IMG/VR virus record: IMGVR_UViG_3300025809_000016
Strand: one strand, 5' to 3'
Source of the DNA: an uncultured virus (IMG/VR IMGVR_UViG_3300025809_000016)
Lineage: Duplodnaviria; Heunggongvirae; Uroviricota; Caudoviricetes
DNA length: 64,000 bases
The stretch's first letter is position 1; the number at the start of each line of letters is the position of its first letter. Below, piece after piece: positions 29,593 to 38,116 of the stretch. The notes beneath the pieces are model-generated. The model had not been told where the DNA came from and did not search any database. It saw nothing but the letters and a program-made list of their open reading frames with translations. The translations under genes were made by a program, and so were the position numbers.

Positions 29593-29796
29593 ATGTTTTT
29601 ACTTGAATATGTTATGCACGTAGTAATTGGTATCATGTTGATCGGTGGTGTTTTCGCTTGTATAGGAACACTCACTGTTGCTCTTCACTCAGTATGTAAG
29701 GTGATCGGTATGATTCGTGATATCCTTCTTCACCATTGGTTTGCTACATTTGTAGCTTTCTCTGTAATCTATTTTGGAGTAACATCTATTCAGTAG
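29593..29796 (+). CDS. Small membrane protein
   Basis: Two hydrophobic segments; leader repeat and RBS. Confidence 0.6.
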   Translation: MFLLEYVMHVVIGIMLIGGVFACIGTLTVALHSVCKVIGMIRDILLHHWFATFVAFSVIYFGVTSIQ

Positions 29797-29933
29797 AGAC
29801 AGTGCCTGAGTTATTATTCCGAGGGTTTAGTAGGTCTCAGATCACGGTTTACACTAAGGAATTCTGTTCTAATACAGAGTTTGCTTGCTCAAATCTTTTA
29901 CAAGTGGCTTACTTATACGGGAGTTTAAATGAA

Positions 29934-30383
29934 ATGAAGTTTGATGTAGTAGTAGGAAACCCTCCCTATCAGGGAAGTGGCAATGCTCAATTGTGGGCAG
30001 AATTCGTAAGGATTGCTATAGACCATACTGAGGATAACGGAGTTATCAGTCTCATCCACCCACCGGGTTGGAGAACCTATGATTCCAAAAACAAACTTGC
30101 TGCGGAGATGTTCCAGTACGACATTACGAGTATCACTATGCGTAACAAGGCTGACACTAATGTGCTCTTCAATGGTGCGGCAGCAATCTGTATGAGCCAA
30201 CGTCAAGCAGTAAGAGAAGTAATGCTAGAAGAGTTCCGGTATCTGATCAACAACATGCAGAACTGGCCCGAAGACTTCTTTGAGTGTGAGCAAGGTCAAA
30301 GCCAACTAGCCTACGAAGAGTTAGTTGAGCTTGTCCAGTATGCAATCAAAGACCTTAACGCTAAGGGGCTGCAGAGTGAATGA
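29934..30383 (+). CDS. N6-adenine DNA methyltransferase catalytic (motif IV) fragment
   Basis: MKFDVVVGNPPY...LW..FV......G..SLIHP..W; no SAM-binding motif I; GGGAG RBS upstream of 29934. Confidence 0.7.
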   Translation: MKFDVVVGNPPYQGSGNAQLWAEFVRIAIDHTEDNGVISLIHPPGWRTYDSKNKLAAEMFQYDITSITMRNKADTNVLFNGAAAICMSQRQAVREVMLEEFRYLINNMQNWPEDFFECEQGQSQLAYEELVELVQYAIKDLNAKGLQSE

Positions 30384-30633
30384 TATCGTGATGCAGTTCA
30401 GTCAGGTGTTTGTACTCGCTTCTTCACTAGTTGCTTGTACGTTAATCACTAGTACAGACCCGAAGAGAAGGATACAAGCTTTTGCTTTGTTCCTAATATC
30501 AACAGTGCCAGATGTGTACATCTCTGTAGTATGCGAGTTATGGGTGTTCGTAGCCATAGCTCCTTACTATGTAGGTTTAAATGTCTGGGGTATCAAAAAT
30601 AATCTTAAACTAATAAAGGAAAATAAAGTATGA
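30376..30633 (+). CDS. Small multi-TM membrane protein
   Basis: Three hydrophobic segments; start uncertain. Confidence 0.5.
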   Translation: MNDIVMQFSQVFVLASSLVACTLITSTDPKRRIQAFALFLISTVPDVYISVVCELWVFVAIAPYYVGLNVWGIKNNLKLIKENKV

Positions 30634-30775
30634 ATGATAAAATACAGATAAACACAAAAGGGCAAACAGACATTTACGAGACAGATGGGATCACAACGGT
30701 CACTAATAGTCTCTACACAATCACCGTTTACCCAGATGGTGACATAGAAGTAGTTGCACATGAGGAAGATCAAGT

Positions 30776-31222
30776 ATGAAGACACTCGTAGCACTAATAG
30801 CACTAATGTCCTTCGGGGCTTACGCTGATCAAACTATAATCAAAGGAGTAAGTAATGATAACAAGACTAGTACAGATAGTAGTGTTGACCTACGTTATTA
30901 TATGGGCGCTTATGGTAATAAAAGGGCCTCTGTTATTCGCGATCTATCCCGTAGCTCTGGAAGTTACAGTGCTGATGGCACTGCTGGCATTAGTGCTACT
31001 GGTGATATTGCTGATAAAAGAAGTGGCATTGGTGACAATGGGCTTGCTAAAGCTGTTGCTGCCGCGAAGTTGGTTCGAGAAGCCGGGGCTTGGAACACCA
31101 AATTCAATTACAACCGTAGGGAAGTAGCACTGTCTTTAGGTACACCTAAGAACGATAAAACCCTTAAGCTCTCTCTAGATTCTAAAGGTAAAGCAGCCTT
31201 TGGTTTCCAGATGAGCCTATAA
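30776..31222 (+). CDS. Exported protein with YadA-like C-terminal anchor (putative)
   Basis: Signal peptide MKTLVALIALMSFGAYA; G.A.A.A helix then beta strands ending AAFGFQMSL. Confidence 0.5.
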   Translation: MKTLVALIALMSFGAYADQTIIKGVSNDNKTSTDSSVDLRYYMGAYGNKRASVIRDLSRSSGSYSADGTAGISATGDIADKRSGIGDNGLAKAVAAAKLVREAGAWNTKFNYNRREVALSLGTPKNDKTLKLSLDSKGKAAFGFQMSL

Positions 31223-31350
31223 CATAACTTTAAATAAAAGGATAAGTAAATGAGCGTATTAGCACCAGTAGCATTAGTATTAGCAATCTTGATCACAGCA
31301 GTAGTAATCGGTTATGTAGTAAGAGATGTACTAAAGGAGCAAAGGTAACA

Positions 31351-31641
31351 ATGAAATTTAGCGAGTATCAGGACAACGCAGTTAGATTTAAGAAGTTCCA
31401 AAAGAGTTCAGATGATTTCTTTATTGGATTGTCAGCAGAGGTAGGTGAGTTAATGTCAGAGCGTATGCGTGAGAATCGGATTGACCGAACACCACGAGGA
31501 CGCAAAGAGATCAAAGCTGAACTCGGGGACATCTTGTGGTACGTCACTGCTATTGCAGATGAGTACAATCTGGATCTTGAGGACATAGCTAACTATAACA
31601 TCTTTAAACTGGAGCAAAGAAAGGCAGGAAAAAGTGAGTAG
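31351..31641 (+). CDS. MazG-like nucleotide pyrophosphohydrolase
   Basis: EYQ..A, GL..EVGE, ELGDILWY....A......LEDIA..N..KL..R. Confidence 0.88.
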   Translation: MKFSEYQDNAVRFKKFQKSSDDFFIGLSAEVGELMSERMRENRIDRTPRGRKEIKAELGDILWYVTAIADEYNLDLEDIANYNIFKLEQRKAGKSE

Positions 31642-31666
31642 AAGTCTGTATCTATAACGGAAGAAT
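31629..31666 (+). promoter_or_regulatory. Class A promoter-like repeat, copy 3
   Basis: AAAAAGTGAG-tagaagtct-GTATCTATAACGGAAGAAT; same boxes, different 9-nt spacer. Confidence 0.65.
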
Positions 31667-31721
31667 TAAAAGAAGTAACCTTAAACTAAATCTATTAAAA
31701 CTAAACCTAAAGGAATATATT

Positions 31722-31829
31722 ATGTTTTTACTTGACTGTATTGCAATCGCTGTTGTTGTTAGTGTAATCGTAGCTGGTACTGTTGTTATCGGCGGTGTTG
31801 TCTTTCTATTAATAGAAGGGAGCGTTTAA
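31722..31829 (+). CDS. 35-aa hydrophobic peptide
   Basis: MFLLDCIAIAVVVSVIVAGTVVIGGVVFLLIEGSV after the leader repeat; N-terminus resembles ORF 29593. Confidence 0.55.
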   Translation: MFLLDCIAIAVVVSVIVAGTVVIGGVVFLLIEGSV

Positions 31830-31984
31830 GCAATGAAAGATTTCGCAACTAACGAAGCAGTTACAGATGTGCTTATCAAAGCCCTAGCGGTAGTAGTGGT
31901 AATAAGTCTTACCAACCTATACTGTGTGCTTTAAATCAAACCTTAAACTAAATCTATTAAAACTAAATCTAAAGGAAATATATT

Positions 31985-32293
31985 ATGTGTAATAAAGACC
32001 CAAGAGGTTGTACGAGTTCGTGTACTTTTGAGAGTGATTGTCGTTGTGACAGACAGTGTCGTTGTGACAAGCGGTGTAGAATGGAATCAGAAAACAAGAA
32101 TGTAATCCTCGCTGTACTGGTGATTAGCTTTGTTTGTTGGATCCTCAGTATGACTATCTGGGTTATTGGCCCAGTAGTAGTCCTTGCCGGGTTCGTCTAT
32201 GCTTCATACAAAGCAGTTCAGTGCATGAAGAAAGCTAACGCTGCAGCTCTTGCAAAGATGGAACGAATGAAGAAAGCGTGGAAAGAGTCTTAA
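31985..32293 (+). CDS. Membrane protein with Cys-rich N-terminus
   Basis: Eight Cys in the first 31 aa, then two TM segments. Confidence 0.65.
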   Translation: MCNKDPRGCTSSCTFESDCRCDRQCRCDKRCRMESENKNVILAVLVISFVCWILSMTIWVIGPVVVLAGFVYASYKAVQCMKKANAAALAKMERMKKAWKES

Positions 32294-32331
32294 ACTAAAT
32301 CTATTAAAACTAAATCTAAAGGAAGTATAAA

Positions 32332-32544
32332 ATGAAAACATTATTGAAAGCAGTAGTAGCACTAGTATTCGCAGTAACTATAACCCTTGTACCTATACTG
32401 ATAGTACTAGATATTAACTCCAAGAACTCTGAAGTAAGTAAAGAAGACACTTGTCGCGCCCTAGAGGAGATGAGAAGCCTTACCAAAGATCACAAGAAAG
32501 GTATCGAAGATTTCTCTTGGATGAATTGTGAGCAATACCTGTAA
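32332..32544 (+). CDS. Small single-TM protein
   Basis: N-terminal TM segment; leader repeat upstream. Confidence 0.6.
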   Translation: MKTLLKAVVALVFAVTITLVPILIVLDINSKNSEVSKEDTCRALEEMRSLTKDHKKGIEDFSWMNCEQYL

Positions 32545-32576
32545 ATCTATTAAAACTAAACCTAAAGGAATATAAC

Positions 32577-32867
32577 ATGATCCAGAAACTATATCACGGC
32601 TGTTCAGCAGCTAACGTTGAAGAAGTAATGAAGAACATCAAAGTAACTGCTCGTGGGTTTCATATGACACCTGATATTGAGATTGCTAAAGAGTATGGTT
32701 CCAAGGTTGTCTGCTTCGAAGTAGAACCTTTTGAATCACACGTTGGCACTCTTAACAAAGGTGGCAGCTTTGAAGAAGACATTAAATCAGGTATAGAGTA
32801 TGTATTGAAGAACGAATACCACTTGGTATCCTTCTACAAGAACCTCGAAGACCTGTATGTTGTTTAA
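32577..32867 (+). CDS. ADP-ribosyltransferase-fold protein (putative)
   Basis: LYHGCS...GFHMT.D.EIA.EYG...EYVL matches the H-Y-E ART layout. Confidence 0.55.
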   Translation: MIQKLYHGCSAANVEEVMKNIKVTARGFHMTPDIEIAKEYGSKVVCFEVEPFESHVGTLNKGGSFEEDIKSGIEYVLKNEYHLVSFYKNLEDLYVV

Positions 32868-33051
32868 CCCTGTCACTAAGGAGGACGTATGTCAAAGTTA
32901 GAGGAAAACGTAGTCTACGAATTCCAAAACTGTATACCACCGGGATGGCATGAGCTCAGTGTAAGATACGAAACCAATATGTTTGGTGAGCGAATAGCGT
33001 TCATTAAGTGTATCTCTGAAAAACCTATATCTATTAAATAAGGAAGTAATT

Positions 33052-33417
33052 ATGTATTGTTCAAATTGTGGTACTAAGAACGAAGAAGGTCAAGCTGTAT
33101 GTAGTAAGTGTTTCTTTGCTATCAAGTCTAACGTCAAGTCTCCCAAGACGGACACGGGTGAAGGCTATGACATCAAGGACTCTAACGGTAAATCTAGGGT
33201 TGTAGCAATGGTATTCGCTTGGTTCTTAGGAGCCTTCGGTGGTCATTGGTTCTACCTTGGTAACGAGAAGCGTGGTTGGATAACTTTGATAGCAGGTGTG
33301 GTAGGGTTGGTATTAGTGCTACCCCTGTTCATAACAGCTATCCTATCCCTCGTTCACTTCATTAAGTTAGCTACCATAGCTGACACAGCAGCATTTGATG
33401 AGTTTAGCGCTGAATAG
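33052..33417 (+). CDS. Zinc-ribbon plus TM2 domain protein
   Basis: MYCSNCG..C.KC; KSR.VA..AWFLG.FG.H.FYLG. Confidence 0.85.
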   Translation: MYCSNCGTKNEEGQAVCSKCFFAIKSNVKSPKTDTGEGYDIKDSNGKSRVVAMVFAWFLGAFGGHWFYLGNEKRGWITLIAGVVGLVLVLPLFITAILSLVHFIKLATIADTAAFDEFSAE

Positions 33418-33426
33418 GAGATTCAA

Positions 33427-33642
33427 ATGAACTATGAAGACAGAGAGACATTAATAAAAGAAATCACAGAACAGATTGAAGAGATTATGGCTGACGAAAA
33501 AGAGGAGATATTCCCTGCGCTAAATGATATGGTCAGGTACTTCTCTGTTTGGTTTCTAGCCGCAAATAGTGAAGACTTGTCCTATTCAGAAAAGACAGAT
33601 CTAATATGGATAGCGGTAAGACGAGCGAGTGTTACCCTGTAG
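33427..33642 (+). CDS. Hypothetical protein
   Basis: GGAG RBS; stop codon abuts the hammerhead. Confidence 0.6.
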   Translation: MNYEDRETLIKEITEQIEEIMADEKEEIFPALNDMVRYFSVWFLAANSEDLSYSEKTDLIWIAVRRASVTL

Positions 33643-33701
33643 TCGAAACATCCTTCGGGATGTCTGTAAGGAATAATCCCCTTGCACTGATGAGACAGAT
33701 T
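33642..33701 (+). ncRNA. Type II hammerhead ribozyme, copy 2
   Basis: gtc-GAAA-catcc-ttcg-ggatg-TC^-tgtaagg-aataatcc-ccttgca-CTGATGA-gac-a-GATT; stem III differs from copy 1 but keeps pairing; predicted cleavage after C33664. Confidence 0.92.
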
Positions 33702-33726
33702 CTTACTTTTAATAAGGAATACCTAT

Positions 33727-34014
33727 ATGATGAACCAATCTACTGTACCTGCTGACTTCTCAACTATCTTTGAGACTGTTGCTGATATTAAAATAGATTC
33801 AAACTCGGTGTACGATGCTGTAAGTAAGTTAGGCCTTGACCTTGCTATTGAGAGAGAAGCTAAGTTGCAACTGTTTTTCAACATTAAGAATAACAGGCAA
33901 AAACTTAACATCGATCCAGAGCAAGTATCCTCTCTCGTAAAAACCATTTATGGTTATATGGAAGAAGACTACCTTGATCAAGTTATAACTTCTTTCGAAG
34001 CGGAGTACAAATAA
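33727..34014 (+). CDS. Hypothetical protein
   Basis: AAGGAA RBS just downstream of the hammerhead. Confidence 0.65.
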   Translation: MMNQSTVPADFSTIFETVADIKIDSNSVYDAVSKLGLDLAIEREAKLQLFFNIKNNRQKLNIDPEQVSSLVKTIYGYMEEDYLDQVITSFEAEYK

Positions 34015-34226
34015 TGTTAACCATAAACAATGCAGTTGCAACAACTCTTACTACTACACCTAAAATGGAAAATACTATGGATGCTAAAAGATTCGATTCA
34101 ATGTCACTACGCCAGAAAGCTTACTACCCCTTCACCGATGAAGAGTGGAGCGCAATGGATAAAGGTATGAAGAAGAGAGTCTTTTTTGCTCGTAAGAAGT
34201 TTAAGGAACAGCAACAACAATCGTAA
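34014..34226 (+). CDS. Hypothetical protein
   Basis: TAATG coupling to the upstream gene. Confidence 0.5.
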   Translation: MLTINNAVATTLTTTPKMENTMDAKRFDSMSLRQKAYYPFTDEEWSAMDKGMKKRVFFARKKFKEQQQQS

Positions 34227-34232
34227 CACCCC

Positions 34233-34339
34233 TCCCCTGCGCTACGCAGAATTTAAAAGGCACTATGGATGATCTTGATTGATCACTCTATAGCACCTTT
34301 TAAATTCGCGTAGCGCAGGGGAACCCACTCTTTTTTTTT
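34233..34339 (+). promoter_or_regulatory. 90-nt inverted repeat containing a class B promoter (34279-34293), followed by T9
   Basis: TCCCCTGCGCTACGC/GCGTAGCGCAGGGGA, GAATTTAAAAGG/CCTTTTAAATTC; TTGATCACTCTATAG in the loop and 3' arm. Confidence 0.75.
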
Positions 34340-34363
34340 GTTATACTAAGGAAGTAAACTTTA

Positions 34364-36634
34364 ATGCGAGAAGAAATAATTGCGAGCCTGTCAGAAAGAC
34401 TACTCACAGCTAAAGACGGTCGTAGCCATGTACATTGGTTGTGGGCGCACCTTACTAAAGACGGAGCAGATCCTGCTATTCTTATCGAGCAAATCTACAA
34501 GCTGGTTGTAAGTAAGGTTGTAATAGGTGTGATCCAAGGAGCATCGATGACATCGGTAGCAGTATCTATCGGTTCATCAATACGCCTTATGGTCAAAGAG
34601 GAACCTCTAAAGGAAGAGACCAAAGCCGCTGTACACTTAGGTGTCAAAGTATTGGAAGCCTTCTGTGTACAAGGAAACCCCAAGGGCATAGATCTCTTGG
34701 ATATTAAACTAATGAACAGAGGTAGGAACTCTGGATCAAAAGATAACGCAGTATACGCGCTCACCTGTACCAACGAAGAGAACCTAGAGACTATCATCCT
34801 CGGTGAGGACATAGAGCAATCTCCTGAGTTCCCTCTGCTGGAACCCGCAATGGACTGGGTAACATCATTCCATCCTGACCTTCGGGTCTCTATGATACGA
34901 GGTGCTTCATCACGTACACTTAAGAGGATGACACCACTGTCTGCCCCTCGAGTATACGCCGCATTGAACAAGATGCAGAAGACACCTTACCTTATTAACC
35001 AGAAAGTATTTAAAGTATATGAGAAACTTCTATCGACACAATCGAAAGAAGAAATGCTCAAGCGAGACTATAAGCTCTCTCCTGACTCCCCGTTTAAACA
35101 CGAGAAGGAAGAGATGGTTTCAAGTCGAGCGGGTATGTATCTTGAAGCTGAGTTCATTAAGACAATGGCTAACAAGATTGGCACTAGAGACTTCTATCAG
35201 GCTTACAACTGTGACTTTCGTGGTCGCATATATCCGATGACACCTTACTTGAACGAGCAAAGCTCTGACAACGCTAAGGGTTTAATTAGGTATCGTGAAG
35301 CGGTTCCACTGGGAGAAGACGGCGCTTACTGGATGGCTGTGCACACTGCTAACTGTATCGGAGAGGACAAACTTGAACTCGATGACAGAGCGCAGTATGT
35401 AGTAGACCGTCTAGACGAGATTTACAGCTGGGCAAAAGACCCACTTGTGAACATAGGTTGGATGAAGACAGACAAACCGTGGTCAGTGTTAGCTATGGCA
35501 TTCGAGTGGCATCAGTTGCACTATTGGGAACATCTTGGTGGTAACGACCCCGAAGATTACCTTTGTCCTGTACCAATCTTTATCGATGGCTCCAACAACG
35601 GTGTTCAACATTTGACCGCTTTGTCACTTGATCACTCTATAGCACCCCTCGTTAATCTTGTACCAACAAAGATGCCCGGAGACGTATATATGTATGTCGC
35701 CGATAAGACTTGGGAGGCACTAGATGTCCTGATGGAAGCTCTGGATCACCCTGTGAAAACAGAGATGCCACGCTTGCTTGAGGAGATCAAGAACATCAAG
35801 CTCAAAAGAGAACGTGCTGAAACAAAGGAAGATAAGAATGCTGCTTACGAAGAACTTGACGAATGGCGAAAAACCAACCGCGAGTACGAGAAGCAGATAT
35901 TTATACCCTTCTGGAGTATGTACAAAGATGACCGTAAGCTACAACGAAAGAGTGTTAAGCGACCCGTAATGACTTTAGGCTACGGAGTTACAAGACAAGG
36001 CGTAAGGGATCAGATATTTGATGATACCAAAGGCCTGTCTGAAGAACTCAAGTTTAAGGATAAGTCGTGGTCTAACCCTTTTGCTGACTTACTTAGAGAT
36101 ACTATGCTTGCCAAGCTCAAAGGCCCTGCGGATATGCTCAAGCTCTTTCAAGACTTAGCAAACCGAGCCAATGACAAAGGTGAGTTCTTGTCGTGGAATG
36201 TTCCTATAACGAACTTCCCCGCTGTGCAAGAGTACCTCAAGACCAAGGAAGATCGTATACGAGTACGCTTCTGCGGTGCTAACAAAGGTAAGGGTATTCA
36301 ACTTACTATACAACCCAAAGAAACTGGGAAGCTAGACAAAAGAAAGCAGGCAACAGGTGCTGCTCCTAATATCGTTCATTCGTTTGATGCCGCGCATCTT
36401 ACAATGATCGTCAACGCACCAGACTTCATTGTTACCACGATACACGACAGCTTCGGTTGTCATCCGGGTAACATGGGAGATCTGTTCAGGATCACGAGGG
36501 AAACCTTTGTTGAGTTCTATACGTCCGATCCGCTAGCTCAACTGCTGGCACAGACAGATAGCCTTGACATATTTCCAGAACGTGGCAACCTCGACTTAAC
36601 AGCTGTGCTTGATTCCGATTTCGCATTCTGCTAA
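34364..36634 (+). CDS. T7-like DNA-directed RNA polymerase (second RNAP)
   Basis: DFRGRIYP, DGSNNGVQH (motif A), RKSVKRPVMTLGYG (motif B), PNIVHSFDAAH, IHDSFG (motif C), C-terminal FAFC. Confidence 0.97.
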   Translation: MREEIIASLSERLLTAKDGRSHVHWLWAHLTKDGADPAILIEQIYKLVVSKVVIGVIQGASMTSVAVSIGSSIRLMVKEEPLKEETKAAVHLGVKVLEAFCVQGNPKGIDLLDIKLMNRGRNSGSKDNAVYALTCTNEENLETIILGEDIEQSPEFPLLEPAMDWVTSFHPDLRVSMIRGASSRTLKRMTPLSAPRVYAALNKMQKTPYLINQKVFKVYEKLLSTQSKEEMLKRDYKLSPDSPFKHEKEEMVSSRAGMYLEAEFIKTMANKIGTRDFYQAYNCDFRGRIYPMTPYLNEQSSDNAKGLIRYREAVPLGEDGAYWMAVHTANCIGEDKLELDDRAQYVVDRLDEIYSWAKDPLVNIGWMKTDKPWSVLAMAFEWHQLHYWEHLGGNDPEDYLCPVPIFIDGSNNGVQHLTALSLDHSIAPLVNLVPTKMPGDVYMYVADKTWEALDVLMEALDHPVKTEMPRLLEEIKNIKLKRERAETKEDKNAAYEELDEWRKTNREYEKQIFIPFWSMYKDDRKLQRKSVKRPVMTLGYGVTRQGVRDQIFDDTKGLSEELKFKDKSWSNPFADLLRDTMLAKLKGPADMLKLFQDLANRANDKGEFLSWNVPITNFPAVQEYLKTKEDRIRVRFCGANKGKGIQLTIQPKETGKLDKRKQATGAAPNIVHSFDAAHLTMIVNAPDFIVTTIHDSFGCHPGNMGDLFRITRETFVEFYTSDPLAQLLAQTDSLDIFPERGNLDLTAVLDSDFAFC
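35628..35642 (+). promoter_or_regulatory. Class B promoter motif inside the RNAP gene
   Basis: TTGATCACTCTATAG(CACC), 19 nt identical to the copy at 34279. Confidence 0.55.
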
Positions 36635-36702
36635 GTACGTACTAAACTTCACTAGAAACGCCCATACGGGGCAAACACTAAACTTATAAGAGAATATTAA
36701 AC

Positions 36703-37203
36703 ATGACTACATCAACTATAGTAATCCGTAACACTGAACTTTTCTGGGCAAAGCTTGACACTCCAGTAGACCCTTTTGACCACGGCCCACGATGGGAAAT
36801 CCAGATTCGAACTCGGGATAAAGAAGTCAGAAGCGAATGGGAAGGTCACGGATTCAAGGTCACTTTGAAAGAAGACGACAATGGTTCTTACTACCAAGTA
36901 AACCTTAATCGTAAAGCTTTCACTAAGAAAGGTGACCAGAGAGATCCAATCAAATGTGTTGATGCACAGCTGATGCCTCTTGACGGTGCCACTATTGGCA
37001 ACGGTTCTATCGGTAATGTTCAGATCGAAACTTACGCTTGGGACTTCAAAGGTAAGTCCGGAACAGGTTTCTCTGTCAAAGCTATCCAAGTAACTAAGCT
37101 CGTTGAGTTTAAGCGCTCTGGTGGTGGTATTGAATTCGAGATCGAAGGCGAGACCGAGATTGTTGTACCAACTGACAGCTCTGATGATGATAACGAATGG
37201 TAG
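36703..37203 (+). CDS. T7 gp2.5-like single-stranded DNA-binding protein
   Basis: IGNGS.G.V and AIQV.KLVE motifs; acidic tail ending in an aromatic residue (DDDNEW). Confidence 0.8.
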   Translation: MTTSTIVIRNTELFWAKLDTPVDPFDHGPRWEIQIRTRDKEVRSEWEGHGFKVTLKEDDNGSYYQVNLNRKAFTKKGDQRDPIKCVDAQLMPLDGATIGNGSIGNVQIETYAWDFKGKSGTGFSVKAIQVTKLVEFKRSGGGIEFEIEGETEIVVPTDSSDDDNEW

Positions 37204-37218
37204 TAGCTAAATAATTGT

Positions 37219-37254
37219 GCCTCTAGGGAGAAGTTTTCCTTAGAGGCTTTTTTT
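37219..37254 (+). terminator. Intrinsic terminator
   Basis: GCCTCTAGGGAGA/TTTCCTTAGAGGC stem followed by T7. Confidence 0.8.
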
Positions 37255-37273
37255 ATCGAAAAGGAAAAATCGT

Positions 37274-37720
37274 ATGAAAAGCAGTGTATACCTAGCAGGC
37301 CCGATGGAAGATGCATCAGTAGACGCAATGACAAGATGGAGAAACAAAGCTACTTACTTGCTAGAGATGGCAGGACTTGAAGTGCTTGATCCTACTAGAC
37401 GAGTATCGTTTCACGATCAGCTACAAGGTGGTGACGTAAACTTAGAGCAAGAGATTCGCAATATGAATATCTCTAAACGCATCTTTAAACAAGACCTACA
37501 GGATATCGCAGACTCACGAGTGGTCATAGCGGATGTTCGAAGGTCATCAGGAAGAGGTACAGGAACAAGTATGGAACTAATGTTTGCTCATACCAAGAAT
37601 AAGATCATTATTCTCTGGGCAGACCAAGCAGATTACCCTCACCCGTTCATAGATAGTCTCTATACAGAGAAGCACTATGATCTTCTAGACGCAGTAGACG
37701 CTGCTACTACTTACTACTAA
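37274..37720 (+). CDS. Nucleoside 2-deoxyribosyltransferase family protein
   Basis: VYLAGPM, WR, LDP, D..DI..S, GT.MEL..A. Confidence 0.85.
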   Translation: MKSSVYLAGPMEDASVDAMTRWRNKATYLLEMAGLEVLDPTRRVSFHDQLQGGDVNLEQEIRNMNISKRIFKQDLQDIADSRVVIADVRRSSGRGTGTSMELMFAHTKNKIIILWADQADYPHPFIDSLYTEKHYDLLDAVDAATTYY

Positions 37721-37734
37721 TAAGGAATGTACTT

Positions 37735-38100
37735 ATGAACATCTCACTCTATGATAGCTTTGTAGAACACCTTAGTCTCAACCCTAAAGCAAACTTTGAC
37801 CACCTCCTTGAAGGCTCAGAAAACGATGTAACAGGCTGGATGAAAGATGGAAGATTTGTTCTTGAGTTCATTAACTCGTTTGGGAAGAAATCTCTTGCAG
37901 CAGGTCACTTCTTTAAGATAGGCAGGTATGTCTTTGCTTATGGAGTTGCAGCTGGCTACAGTACTCACAAAGATGGGCGCACTTGTGTTGCCTTTGGTTC
38001 CATTGATAAGAAGACTAAAACGGTTACATTGAGGCTCCCTGCCTTCGATGCTAACTACCTTAAAGTACAACTAAAATACCGAACTAACCTCTATACATAA
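37735..38100 (+). CDS. Hypothetical protein
   Basis: RBS and operon context. Confidence 0.6.
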   Translation: MNISLYDSFVEHLSLNPKANFDHLLEGSENDVTGWMKDGRFVLEFINSFGKKSLAAGHFFKIGRYVFAYGVAAGYSTHKDGRTCVAFGSIDKKTKTVTLRLPAFDANYLKVQLKYRTNLYT

Positions 38101-38116
38101 ATAAGGAAGTAACTAT

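Noticed and set aside
29736..29933. N-terminal extension of the MTase fragment, or a further ribozyme in this gap
   Set aside because: The extension overlaps the upstream gene and has no MTase motifs; hairpins exist (GAGAC/GTCTC, AATTCTGT/ACAGAGTT) but match no ribozyme core I recognise
28731..33051. Repeats with variable intervening sequence resembling a CRISPR array or integron
   Set aside because: Intervening segments are whole genes of 100 to over 2000 nt, the repeats are non-palindromic RBS leaders, and no cas or integrase gene is present
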